DNA of 63,019 bases, filler included, from Guillardia theta CCMP2712 (taxonomy: Eukaryota; Protista; Cryptophyta): the NCBI RefSeq assembly GCF_000315625.1. It is 4 parts of 4 records of this genome, joined end to end, with 100 filler letters (N's around TTAATTAATTAA, not from the genome) between each part and the next. Parts side by side here need not be neighbours in the genome. Positions count along the whole stretch, not along the records: positions 1 to 29,542 come from NW_005434412.1; 3 more parts are not named here. One strand, written 5' to 3'. Below are positions 1-9,100 of this stretch, in pieces. Both the position numbers and the translations under genes were made by a program. Position 1 is the stretch's first letter, and every line of letters begins with the position of its first letter. The notes under the pieces are model-generated. The model had not been told where the DNA came from, made no database searches, and was given only the letters and a program-made list of their open reading frames with translations.

Positions 1-1189
1 TGCTTGACCTCGACTTGATCTGTACTCTGAAGCTGCTGCGCCCCGCATGATCTCTCTCGCGGAGTGCCCTCCTTTGCTTAGCGATCTTTCCCCTAGGAAC
101 GAAGGTGTCGGCTGTGAGCTCGACTGCAAACGTCTCTCTGAGCTTGGCGTCGTCGCTGATGAGAGTGAGATGTACCCCCTCCATCGCCTCGCTCTCTCTG
201 AACGAGGCCAAGGTCTGCTCGCAGCTTGCCGTCGAAGGCGAGCTGAGCACCCACTCCAGCTCTTTTTGCTGGAGAGTGCCAGTACTTGCCCCAACAGCAA
301 CATACGTCTTCGGGCTCGGCCCCTTGCGACCTCTCTGCCCAGGACCCTGCACGAGCATGCCCGCAAGCGGTTGTACCTCTGCGGCTGCAAGAGATTGCGA
401 GAGCAGCTGAAATCGATAGATCTGAGCTATGTCGGCCGTCGACATTCCTCCAAGAGCTAGGAGCTGTGATAGCTCGGCAAGGCTCCCTCCCTTGCCCCAA
501 GGTCCTCGCTTGGCTCGAAGCTTGAACGACCGGTCATGTGCAATGCTCACCTCTGTGGCTCTGAACGATCTGCCGTCTATGCAGTATTCTCTCCTGCCTT
601 CCCATAGCTCCATGGCTGCTTCATTCCGAAGGAAGGAGACGGTGACTGAGATGTCGTCTGCTCGTGCTATCTCAGGTCTGTAAGGTGCTTTCCACATGAT
701 GGCCTTGTCGACTCCATCGACTGAGTCTACCATGAGACCCAGTTCCATAAGCTTCGATTTCAACTTTTCTTCTTGTCGAACATACATCGAGGAGATGCCC
801 AGGAGAGTCATGGAGATGAAGGAGGTCCCCTCGGTGCCTTCTGTGCCGATGTATGTCTCGACATTCTGCTTCTTGGCCTCCTCCATCTGTTGAATAAACC
901 ATGCTCTCGACTCTGAGCTCCATTCCCTCAGAGAGTCTTCAAACAGGTCGCGTCTCGCCTGCCGACATGTCGAGCGGATGGCTTCTGCGATAGCGTCGGG
1001 GGTGCATCCCCCCTCAGCTCTGCAAGCATGAGCTGTCCTACTACCAGGATACCGCTTCGCGAAGTTCTTCACCCTCTCGACGAGGTCGGCGGCCTCTTCG
1101 ACGTGGCCTCCAGAGCGCTCGCCCTGCGTGTATTGGCATGATCTCCGATACAGCAGGTTGCGAACGCTCTCATCATACTGTAGTACCAT
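1..1189 (-). CDS. Intronless ORF (>=396 codons, runs off window start); putative ORF1/RRM-like protein of a telomere-associated non-LTR retroelement
   Basis: Manual minus-strand translation is stop-free from ATG 1189 to base 1 (MVLQYDESVRNLLYRRSCQYTQGERSGGHVEEAADLVERVKNFAKRY...). It is absent from the ORF track because there is no stop. The segment FISMTLLGISS...EEKLKSKLMELGLMVDSV...VTVSFLRNEAAMELWEGRREYCIDGRSFRATEV (~820-545) resembles an RRM fold. It adjoins telomeric repeats. Confidence 0.55.
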   Translation of the reverse strand, partial: MVLQYDESVRNLLYRRSCQYTQGERSGGHVEEAADLVERVKNFAKRYPGSRTAHACRAEGGCTPDAIAEAIRSTCRQARRDLFEDSLREWSSESRAWFIQQMEEAKKQNVETYIGTEGTEGTSFISMTLLGISSMYVRQEEKLKSKLMELGLMVDSVDGVDKAIMWKAPYRPEIARADDISVTVSFLRNEAAMELWEGRREYCIDGRSFRATEVSIAHDRSFKLRAKRGPWGKGGSLAELSQLLALGGMSTADIAQIYRFQLLSQSLAAAEVQPLAGMLVQGPGQRGRKGPSPKTYVAVGASTGTLQQKELEWVLSSPSTASCEQTLASFRESEAMEGVHLTLISDDAKLRETFAVELTADTFVPRGKIAKQRRALRERDHAGRSSFRVQIKSRSS

Positions 1190-1277
1190 GCTTAGAAAGC
1201 TGTTTGAACTATACGAACCTCTTGCTCGCAGCTTCCTCCGGTCCCCTTGCGCTCTCCCTACGCGCCGCAGAGCAGCA

Positions 1278-1346
1278 TGCCTCTGTCAGGGCCCGGTGCC
1301 TCTGTCAGGGGCCCGGTGCCTCTGTCAGGGGCCCGGTGCCTCTGTC
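1278..1346 (+). repeat. 20-bp tandem repeat (TGCCTCTGTCAGGGGCCCGG), >=3.5 copies, runs into a gap
   Basis: Directly visible; lies upstream of the minus-strand ORF. Confidence 0.9.
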
Positions 1347-1453
1347 NNNNNNNNNNNNNNNNNNNNNNNNNNNNNNNNNNNNNNNNNNNNNNNNNNNNNN
1401 NNNNNNNNNNNNNNNNNNNNNNNNNNNNNNNNNNNNNNNNNNNNNNGTGCGGT

Positions 1454-1512
1454 CCTAACCCTAACCCTAAACCCTAAACCCTAAACCCTAAACCCTAAAC
1501 CCTAAACCCTAA
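1454..1512 (+). repeat. Interstitial telomeric repeat (CCCTAAA)n with CCCTAA variants
   Basis: Arabidopsis-type TTTAGGG repeat, C-rich strand on +. Confidence 0.95.
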
Positions 1513-1679
1513 GTCCGCTCTGCGTGTATTGGCATGATCTCCGATACAGCAGGTTGCGAACATTTTCATCATACTGAAGAACCATACTTAGAAAGCTATT
1601 TGAAGTATACAAACCTCTCGCTTGCAGCTTCCTTGGCGCCCTGGCGGCTTCCCCTACACCTGGCAGGGAGCCATGCTGC
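1513..1679 (-). pseudogene. Diverged 5' fragment of the left-end ORF, capped by telomeric repeats on both sides
   Basis: Aligns to ~1120-1281. It translates RKLQARGLYTSNSFLSMVLQYDENVRNLLYRRSCQYTQ versus RKLRARGSYSSNSFLSMVLQYDESVRNLLYRRSCQYTQ, with several synonymous differences. Confidence 0.8.
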
Positions 1680-1804
1680 CCCTAAACCCTAAACCCTAAA
1701 CCCTAAACCCTAAACCCTAAACCCTAAACCCTAAACCCTAAACCCTAACCCTAAACCCTAAACCCTAAACCCTAAACCCTAAACCCTAAACCCTAAACCC
1801 TAAA
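1680..1804 (+). repeat. Interstitial telomeric repeat (CCCTAAA)n, about 18 units
   Basis: Directly visible. Confidence 0.95.
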
Positions 1805-2071
1805 TGATGGTTGATACATTAAACAGAAGTAGAGATGTTGATTGTACAGTAATCGCTTCATTCAGTACAAGTAGAGTGATGCAGTACAGTGATGACGTTT
1901 GGTGCAATGGCCCTGCCATGGAAGTTTGTGGTTTGAAATATTGTGAAACAATAAAATTGACAAAAAACTAAAGGAAAAGTATTGAACCTACTTCGAATCC
2001 TACTTAGATCCCATTCTACTTATATTTTTTCCTCCTTGTTTGCTCCGGTTTGCCTTTCCCTGCGGTGCATC

Positions 2072-4237
2072 ATGCAGCAAGAACACGTTGCGTCGAACAA
2101 GCGCAAGAGACGGCGAGAGACGGGGGAGGAGCGAGCAAAGGTTGAGGTTGAGGAGGAGGCCCCACAAGCAAGTGGTCAACGGGAGGCCCACCAAGACCAT
2201 TTTGTAGAGTTGGATCAGCTACTTTGCGAGAAGCAGAAGCAGCTTCCCAAGAGGAACAAGGATCCGCATCGCAAGGAGGAGGGGGAGGAGGGGGACGAAG
2301 ATCTTCGCAAGGAGAAGGAGAAGCTGCGCAAGAAGGAGGAGGAGCTTCGCAAGAAGGAGGAGCAGCTTCACAAGGAGAAGGAGGAGCAGCTTCGCGAGAA
2401 GGCGGAGGAGCTTCGCAAGAAGGAGGAGCAGCTGCGCAAGAAGGAGGAGGAGCTTCGCAAAGAGGAGGAGCTGCGCAAGGAGAAGGAGGAGCAGCTTCGC
2501 AAAAAGGAGGAGGAGCTTCGCAAGAAGGAGGAGGAGCAGCTTCGCAAAAAGGAGGAGCAGCTTCGCAAGAAGGAGAAGCTTCGCAAGAAGAGGGAGCAGC
2601 TTCGCAAGGAGAAGGAGGAGGAGCTTCGCAAGAAGGAGGAGGCCCAGCTCCGCAAGGAGAACCTGGTTTTGAGGCAGATTCCGTCATCTGTAGAGCGAGG
2701 GATGGCTTGGGAGGAGTCAGAGGCGGGGCTTGATCGCATGGGCTTTTGCGAGCAGAGAAAGTGCTTCCGCCTCGATGGCTCGTACTTATCGATGGATGCA
2801 AGCCATGTCAGCAACCAGGAGCTTTTTCTCTACTGCCGAGAAGCCTTCACGAAGCAGCAGAGCTTCCTGAGAGAGCGAGTGCTGGAGCAAGGCGCTCTGG
2901 GCTGGATCCAAGGGCCGCCAGGAACAGGGAAGACGACTACAACGCTAGCGTTCTGCCTGTCGCTGGACATGAAAGAGTGGATGGTGACTTTTCTCAGGCT
3001 GAAGCCTATACACATCTACTGCATGCAAGTGGTGGACGGGAGGAGAAGATTTTGCAAGATCTTGTATAGCTCTGCAGCAGAGGGGTTAAGGGAGGCTTTT
3101 GCAGGGCGCGAGGGCAAGAAGCATGTGGTAGTGCTAGATGGTTTCCTGAGACAGCAAGAAACTCATCAAGGCGTGTATCGGGAGTGTCTGGTATGGCGTG
3201 ATGCAGACCAGCAACATCGACGGCTGGCTGTGGTAACATCGATGTCATCTCGGGGGAAGGCGTACATAGAGTGGGATCAAGAAATGAAGCTTGAGACGCA
3301 TAAGGTTGTTTCCTGGACGCTCGATGAGTACCTGCAGGCGGTGCAGCACGACGAGCTGTATGAGCAAGTGAAGCCCTTCTTAGAGATGGATGTGGAGGTA
3401 GAATGGATGCTAATCACGACATGGGATGGGCAAGAGACGAGAGAGGAGCGGGTCGTAAGGAAGTACTATCTCGCCGGGGGCTCATGTCGGTTCATGTTCC
3501 AGACAACCGTGGCCAATGTGAAAGAGGCATTGGACGACGCCATTGAGAGTGGTGCGAACCTGGAGACCGTCCTCCAGGGCAACGTAGGAGAGTTTTCGCC
3601 GCAAGCCATCAACCGGTTGATAGCATACGTCGAGTTTGGAAGTAAGAGAAGCTGGTTGCCAGTGAGCAAGTATGTTGCAAGTACGCTTGCGGCGCGTACT
3701 GCAGAATCGACTTTGAGGCAGTTGGCTCTCAGTTATGGCATTGGAAATCCGGGCGTGAAGGGAAGTCTTTTCGAGATGCTTTTCTTCAAGAAGATGGAAC
3801 AAACAGGGTTGAGTGTGACTTACCGTGGCCCGAGGCAGACCGAGAGCTGGGATCGATGTCTTGTGGTGAATTTCTCATCATTGCAAGGCATCAAGACGCT
3901 TCCTGCGCAAAATACGTGCTTGAGGCCCATTAGCGCGTTTCAGGGAGGCTATGACGCAGTGATGGTCGACCAAGAGAAGCGCAAGGTGATGTTTGTACAA
4001 GCAACGATCGCACAGAAACACTCTTTCAAACTCTCGTTCTTCCTGAAGGCTCTGAAAGCGCTTAACATCCCGGAAGGTGGGAGGTGGAAGGTGGAGGTTG
4101 TTTTCCTGATTCCGGTTGAGGAGCTTGCAAGGTTTGAGATCAAACCCATCGAAGACAGCGGGGCGCTAAAGGATTACGGATGGAAGAGAGGAGAGGAGGA
4201 AATGCAAGCAGAAGTAGCAGGGATTTCTATCTTGTAG
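2072..4237 (+). CDS. Crinkler/RHS-type (CR) protein: coiled-coil repeats + P-loop NTPase + C-terminal restriction-endonuclease-fold domain
   Basis: Intronless ORF with first ATG at 2072. It has an NLS-like KRKRRRE, EEELRKK repeats (~2290-2660), Walker A GPPGTGKTT, Walker B VVVLDG and YYLAGGSCRFMF. The C-terminal GSLFEML...QGGYDAVMV...VMFVQATIAQKH matches the E/D/QxT pattern of CR-REase domains. Confidence 0.75.
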   Translation: MQQEHVASNKRKRRRETGEERAKVEVEEEAPQASGQREAHQDHFVELDQLLCEKQKQLPKRNKDPHRKEEGEEGDEDLRKEKEKLRKKEEELRKKEEQLHKEKEEQLREKAEELRKKEEQLRKKEEELRKEEELRKEKEEQLRKKEEELRKKEEEQLRKKEEQLRKKEKLRKKREQLRKEKEEELRKKEEAQLRKENLVLRQIPSSVERGMAWEESEAGLDRMGFCEQRKCFRLDGSYLSMDASHVSNQELFLYCREAFTKQQSFLRERVLEQGALGWIQGPPGTGKTTTTLAFCLSLDMKEWMVTFLRLKPIHIYCMQVVDGRRRFCKILYSSAAEGLREAFAGREGKKHVVVLDGFLRQQETHQGVYRECLVWRDADQQHRRLAVVTSMSSRGKAYIEWDQEMKLETHKVVSWTLDEYLQAVQHDELYEQVKPFLEMDVEVEWMLITTWDGQETREERVVRKYYLAGGSCRFMFQTTVANVKEALDDAIESGANLETVLQGNVGEFSPQAINRLIAYVEFGSKRSWLPVSKYVASTLAARTAESTLRQLALSYGIGNPGVKGSLFEMLFFKKMEQTGLSVTYRGPRQTESWDRCLVVNFSSLQGIKTLPAQNTCLRPISAFQGGYDAVMVDQEKRKVMFVQATIAQKHSFKLSFFLKALKALNIPEGGRWKVEVVFLIPVEELARFEIKPIEDSGALKDYGWKRGEEEMQAEVAGISIL

Positions 4238-5591
4238 TCAGGGAGATCCTTAGAGAGGAGAGGTCACATGCAGAAGAACATCGTTTCTTGAGGCAAGCAT
4301 GGAGGTAGCCAAACCCTTTCACAGTTATGCGGCTGATGTTTGTGAAGAGTAAAGTCTCGGACATGTGAAGAACAGGCTTTCACTGGTCATGTTGTTCCAA
4401 TTGAGACGCAGCAGTTCTTCATCATCCGTCTCCTTCCATGCCGAGGCTGAGAGCCAAGTGCCTACTTGTCATTGAAGCTGGTGCCCAGATGACTTGATTC
4501 GTGCTCGCGCCGGCGCAAGGCACACTCAAACATCTACTCGAGCGTCTGTCCGTTGAGGGTACTCCATGGAAGGCTGCAGCAGGACTCGATGGAAAGGTCG
4601 CCCCTTTCCGCTCTTCTTTCCTTGCATCATCATTGACACGACGGTGAAGGTTGTACACTGCAACTTCAACAAGTTCAAGCAGCTATACTCCTATGTGACC
4701 CCGGGAAAGAATTGACAAAGTCCGAGGGTTGTTGAAATGCTGGATGTAAATATACACCACGGTTCCATTTTCTCATCAGCACAAACGCATGAGATGATCG
4801 TGACCGCTTTTAGAGGTGATGCTTGGAAAAGTCTCACACTTCCTCACACCCAACTCGATGTTTAGACACCTGTCTAAACTGAGAATGCACTGTGTCGCGT
4901 GACCCTTCAAAAACTGATCTCTGATCTGAGTCTCCTCTACCCAGGAGCATCTGTGTCCTTCCTACACAATTGATCATTCTTCCTTCCTCTTTGATCCTTC
5001 ATCATCTACTCCTCAAAAATTTTGTTGTCTTGCTGTCCCTTTCCTCGACTCTTGTCAATACTGATCAATCTGAAAACTGAAATTTTTCTCTTGACCTGTA
5101 AGGATTTTTGCAGTCTTGCATACGAAGGAAATCCATCTTGGAACAATTTAAGCATATTACTCTGTTTTTAGGTTGGGTTGCAAATATTCTGAGAATTGAA
5201 GATGAAGCCTCTTGAGGAAAACAAATTCTGCATCCTGCAACTCTGTTCAAAAGGATGATAGAAAAAACATTAAGTTGAGATGTTACCTGACGGAATAATA
5301 TACACAGAACTTGAAGTTAAACATGTTGCCCCACTGCTTAAAAACTGCTCCAAATTCAGTGAGTAAGGTAACGTAGTTCAGTGAATATTAAGTCCCTACA
5401 GAGGAGTGTTCACAATTCGGGAAGGACCTGAACCTAAGTAACCTTCCCAGCCACCGTCACATCTGGAGGAATGGCTGGTTGCTGAGAAGAGTGTCATGCA
5501 ATATAGCCTAACATAACTTCATGCACATCACCTCAGGTCAAAGAATACCGATATGTCATTTTAATTTCGCTCCTCTTCTGTTTCCGTGCAG

Positions 5592-5630
<39 letters not shown>

Positions 5631-5742
5631 TTCCTTCCACTTGTGTCGCCCTGGCGATGCATGACTTTTTTTGCATTTGCGCTATTTTGAGATCCCGGCC
5701 GGAAAAAAGGGTCTTTCTTGCCTTTCTCCCCTTTTTATGGGA

Positions 5743-5866
5743 TCTCGGCGCTAATAACAAATACCTGTTTAATTATTAGTCAAATGGAAGAGAATTTCAG
5801 ATTTCTTTTTAGAGAGAGAGTACTAAAAAAAGTGTATAGAAAGAATTTGTTTTTTTAGCGCCGAGA
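5743..5866. repeat. Short inverted repeat (TCTCGGCGCTAA...TTAGCGCCGAGA) around an AT-rich spacer; MITE-like or regulatory
   Basis: 12-bp perfect inverted arms (5743-5754, 5855-5866) extendable with ACAAAT/ATTTGT; no TSD seen. Confidence 0.45.
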
Positions 5867-6030
5867 CCTTCGGTTACAAATTTTGTAGGTGCAAAGGCTC
5901 GCAGCCTTGCAGGATATGCATGAAGTAGAGAAGAGAACAAGAGAAGAGAAGAGTAGGTCAGTATATCATTCTAATGGTGAGCTCAGGTGCCTCCTTTTGA
6001 ATAGTGATTCTCCCGATCAGATCCTCAAGA

Positions 6031-8069
6031 ATGTCTGATCAAGGTTCTACCGTCGTTTCTTGATTGAGATATAACAAATCCTTCAGGGACCGTTGGAGTG
6101 TCAAAGAAAGAAAAAGTGAAGCAATATCTGGAAGCATCGATTCTTCCCTTTCTTTCCCAGGCACTCACAAAACTTTGTGCTGAAGTAACTTCAACCATCT
6201 TGTTCCACTTGATGTGATGAGAGACACAGGAGCCGTCCGACCCTTTCGAGTGGCTGGGCCGCTACCTGATCGAAAACAATCCGCGCGCCACTCGAAAGTT
6301 CGATCACAAAGAAGCATTGGTGAAGCTGTGCTTGAAGAATCAACTCTTGACTCTTTCTAGGTCTTGAAATTGGCTCAAGGAGATTTCTTCGGCGAGATAG
6401 CGTTGCTGCATGGAAAACCGAGACAAGCTACTGTGAAGGTCAGACAGTTGCAAACGAACACCCAAGAGTACTTTCATCTCGTCGTTGATACTGCTCATAG
6501 TCTGTTGGATCATCTACTCTTTTGGTTCTTTCTCGCGATGCTTTCAACCGCCTTTGCGGAAGTCTCTTCGACATTCTGCAAAGAAATATTGTGATACTCA
6601 TTCAATAGAGTGGATGCTGTTCTGAATGACGCACAGGGAGAGTACAAGGATGTGGAGTTTATGGAAGAGGAGCCGGAGGAGCATCTGGACGTGAGAGACT
6701 CTTGGCTCCCTGTGGCCTCCAACCTCCCACACAGGACTACGGCGGAGTCTCGGAGGAAGAAGATTATGAGGAGCCCCCGCCGCCTCCCGTCAACATGCGG
6801 AGGTTTCAAGCGAATGCATGGCGATGCCTTGTTGGTTGAAATGCTTTGAAGGGGAAGAAGAGATACCGTCTACTTGGCCGCGACTAAGGCAGGCTTCTTA
6901 CCTTGCTGACCTCATGCCTCACACTCAGCCAGGTTGAGGATGATTGGAGACCTCCGGAATTTCCCAAGACGGACGAGGAACGTGATAGAATACACAAAGT
7001 GAGATCAATTTGCAAGGATGGACAAGGCTCTTCTGTCTCAACTGAGCTGGTTTTTAGTACATTGAAAAAACGGCTTTGCTGTCCTACCTCGATCCATCCT
7101 CCAAAGACTTGGTCAATCTTTCTTTCTCCTCTCACTTGCATGACATCAGTTTGTGCAGGTTGTCACAGCGGTGGAAAAGCTAGAATTCGATGACGGGCAA
7201 GACATCATTAGTCAAGGAGATGAAGGTATGTCAAGGCTCTGCTTTGGCTGCCGGCTGACTCAATCTCTTGCCAGCTGATTATTATTACATCTTGGACTCC
7301 GGCAAGGCAGATGTATGTTCTCTCGCTGACGTTTGCTCCTGCTCGCTCATTCATGTCAAGGTTTTGATCGCAAAGCCGTTGGGCTCCGACCCTGTCAAGG
7401 TCAACGAGTATGGGCCAGGTGCTGCCTTTGTGGTCGCCTGGTGCCATGCTGGTGATGTGCTAGCAGGAGGTTCCTTCGGCGAGCTTGCGCTGCTCCATGG
7501 CGATAAGCGAATCGCCACCATCCGCGCCACTGAGGTCCTTAAAACTGCCCCAGGCTTAGCCTCTGATTGCTCGCGTGATCAGCACTGTGTGACGTGGGCC
7601 TTGCAACGTGACACCTTCAGAAAACTGATGATGCAGAGGTTTGAGGAGCAGCGATTGAGAGCGTTGTTGGTATCTGATTCGGACCTGCAGTGGAAAGCAA
7701 GCCTTGAACGAGAGGGTTCAGTTCCTCTCCAAGGTTTTCTTCTTCACCGCGAGCGAAGCCTGGTGATCTTATTGCAGGTGAACATCTTGAAGGAACTGGA
7801 CCACTATGAGAAGTTCAAGATAGCAGAAGCCATGCAGGTAGACGTCAACAAACACGTTGTACAAAGTGATGTAAACGATGCAGATGAGAAAGGTGGAGGA
7901 TGACGAGGTCATTGTGAAGGTGCTGTGAGTTTAGCTCGTACCTCGTTTGTCTCACGGAGGTTGACATCAGGAGGGAGAACCAGGCAGCGAGTTCTTCATC
8001 ATTCAGAGTGGAGAATGCCACGTTTACAAGCAGGTGCTAGTTGATGTCACTCAATGCTTGCTCAAGTAG
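6031..8069 (+). CDS. cAMP-dependent protein kinase regulatory subunit-like protein with Dpy-30-type docking domain and circularly permuted CNB-B (about 19 exons)
   Basis: In-frame spliced model. Dpy-30 motif VKQYLEASILPFLSQALTKLCAEEPSDPFEWLGRYLIENNP; then FFGEIALLHGKPRQATVK...FNRLCGSLFDILQRNIGEY; inhibitor site RRGRRDTVY; full CNB-A with SFGELALLHGDKRIATIRA. It ends with VNILKELDHYEKFKIAEAM...EGEPGSEFFIIQSGECHVYKQ and a stop at 8067-8069. Confidence 0.85.
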
Positions 8070-8464
8070 ACAATATCTCGAGCTAGAGGCTGATCCAGCA
8101 AAACTTTAAACAAAATATTATGGTATCTCGCGCAAGAGGCTGATCCAGCAAACATGGATGAATTACACACTGATGTGTCAGTGTTGAACCATAAAGCATC
8201 GTTTACAACTCTCGTGTCTCTCCTTTCCTGCGACGTCTTGAGTGCGGCATTGAAAGCGCGGCTGAAAGACCGAGGAAGCGCAAAAATTTTCCCATTCCTT
8301 GAGAGTCTTGATACCCTCGTAGAAGACGACCTCAGTCTCATGCTTTAACGGCGTCCTTGTCTCGTACTTACATGCTTCGTATGATATTCCAACTCCCTTT
8401 GCAATTGGTTGCAGCACAATCTTACATACACGAACTTGCTTGTATTGTTATACGTTCATCTTTG

Positions 8465-8755
8465 TACTATCATACTTGTTCTATCATTCTTGTCGATCGT
8501 ACCTGTACTATCATATTTATACAATCGTGCGATCATACTCATGCGATCATACTCGTGCGATCATACTCGTGCGATCATACCCGTGCGATCATACTCGTGC
8601 GATCATACTCGTGCGATCATACTTGTCGATTGTACTTGTCGATCATACTTGTACTATCATACTTGTCGATCATACTTGTACTATCATACTTGTCGATCAT
8701 ACTCGTGCGATAATACTCGACGATTCGATCATACTCGTGCGATCATACTCGTACG
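8465..8755 (+). repeat. 13-14-bp minisatellite (GATCATACTCGTGC and variants)
   Basis: Directly visible tandem array. Confidence 0.9.
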
Positions 8756-9100
8756 ATCTGTCTGCAATCTCAAGATCGGATTCACGATTTTTTTATTTGG
8801 AACCCTAGCTTCCCTTGATGCAGCCGCAAGGGCAGGAGCGAGGGAAGCAAGGAGCGATGAGACAGAGGAGACAGAGAAGAGAGGAGGGGGGGTCAGAGAA
8901 GTACGAAGAGATGAATGTAGAGGTAAAGACAGAGATGAGAAACTGAGAAAAGTTGAGGACAGGAATATGGATGAAGACAATTGGTGTCGGAGCTATCGAG
9001 AAACGATCTTGCTGTATGTTTGTGATCAATACCTTTGTCTGAATGCTTCACGTTCAGGCAGGTCAGGGCGACATGTCGCAAAAAGAATCTTTCGGCATAC

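Noticed and set aside
2070-2814. Alternative-frame and antisense ORFs over the EEELRKK repeat
   Set aside because: Shadows of the repetitive coiled-coil coding region
4380-5530. Possible multi-exon gene or transposase remnant on the minus strand
   Set aside because: Some exon-like segments, but I could not build a consistent frame or recognise a domain
6361-8033. Back-splicing or trans-splicing to restore a canonical R subunit
   Set aside because: Phases are compatible (both 0), but joining would drop the loop residues encoded in the Dpy-30 exon, and the linear model is already fully in frame; kept only as a test
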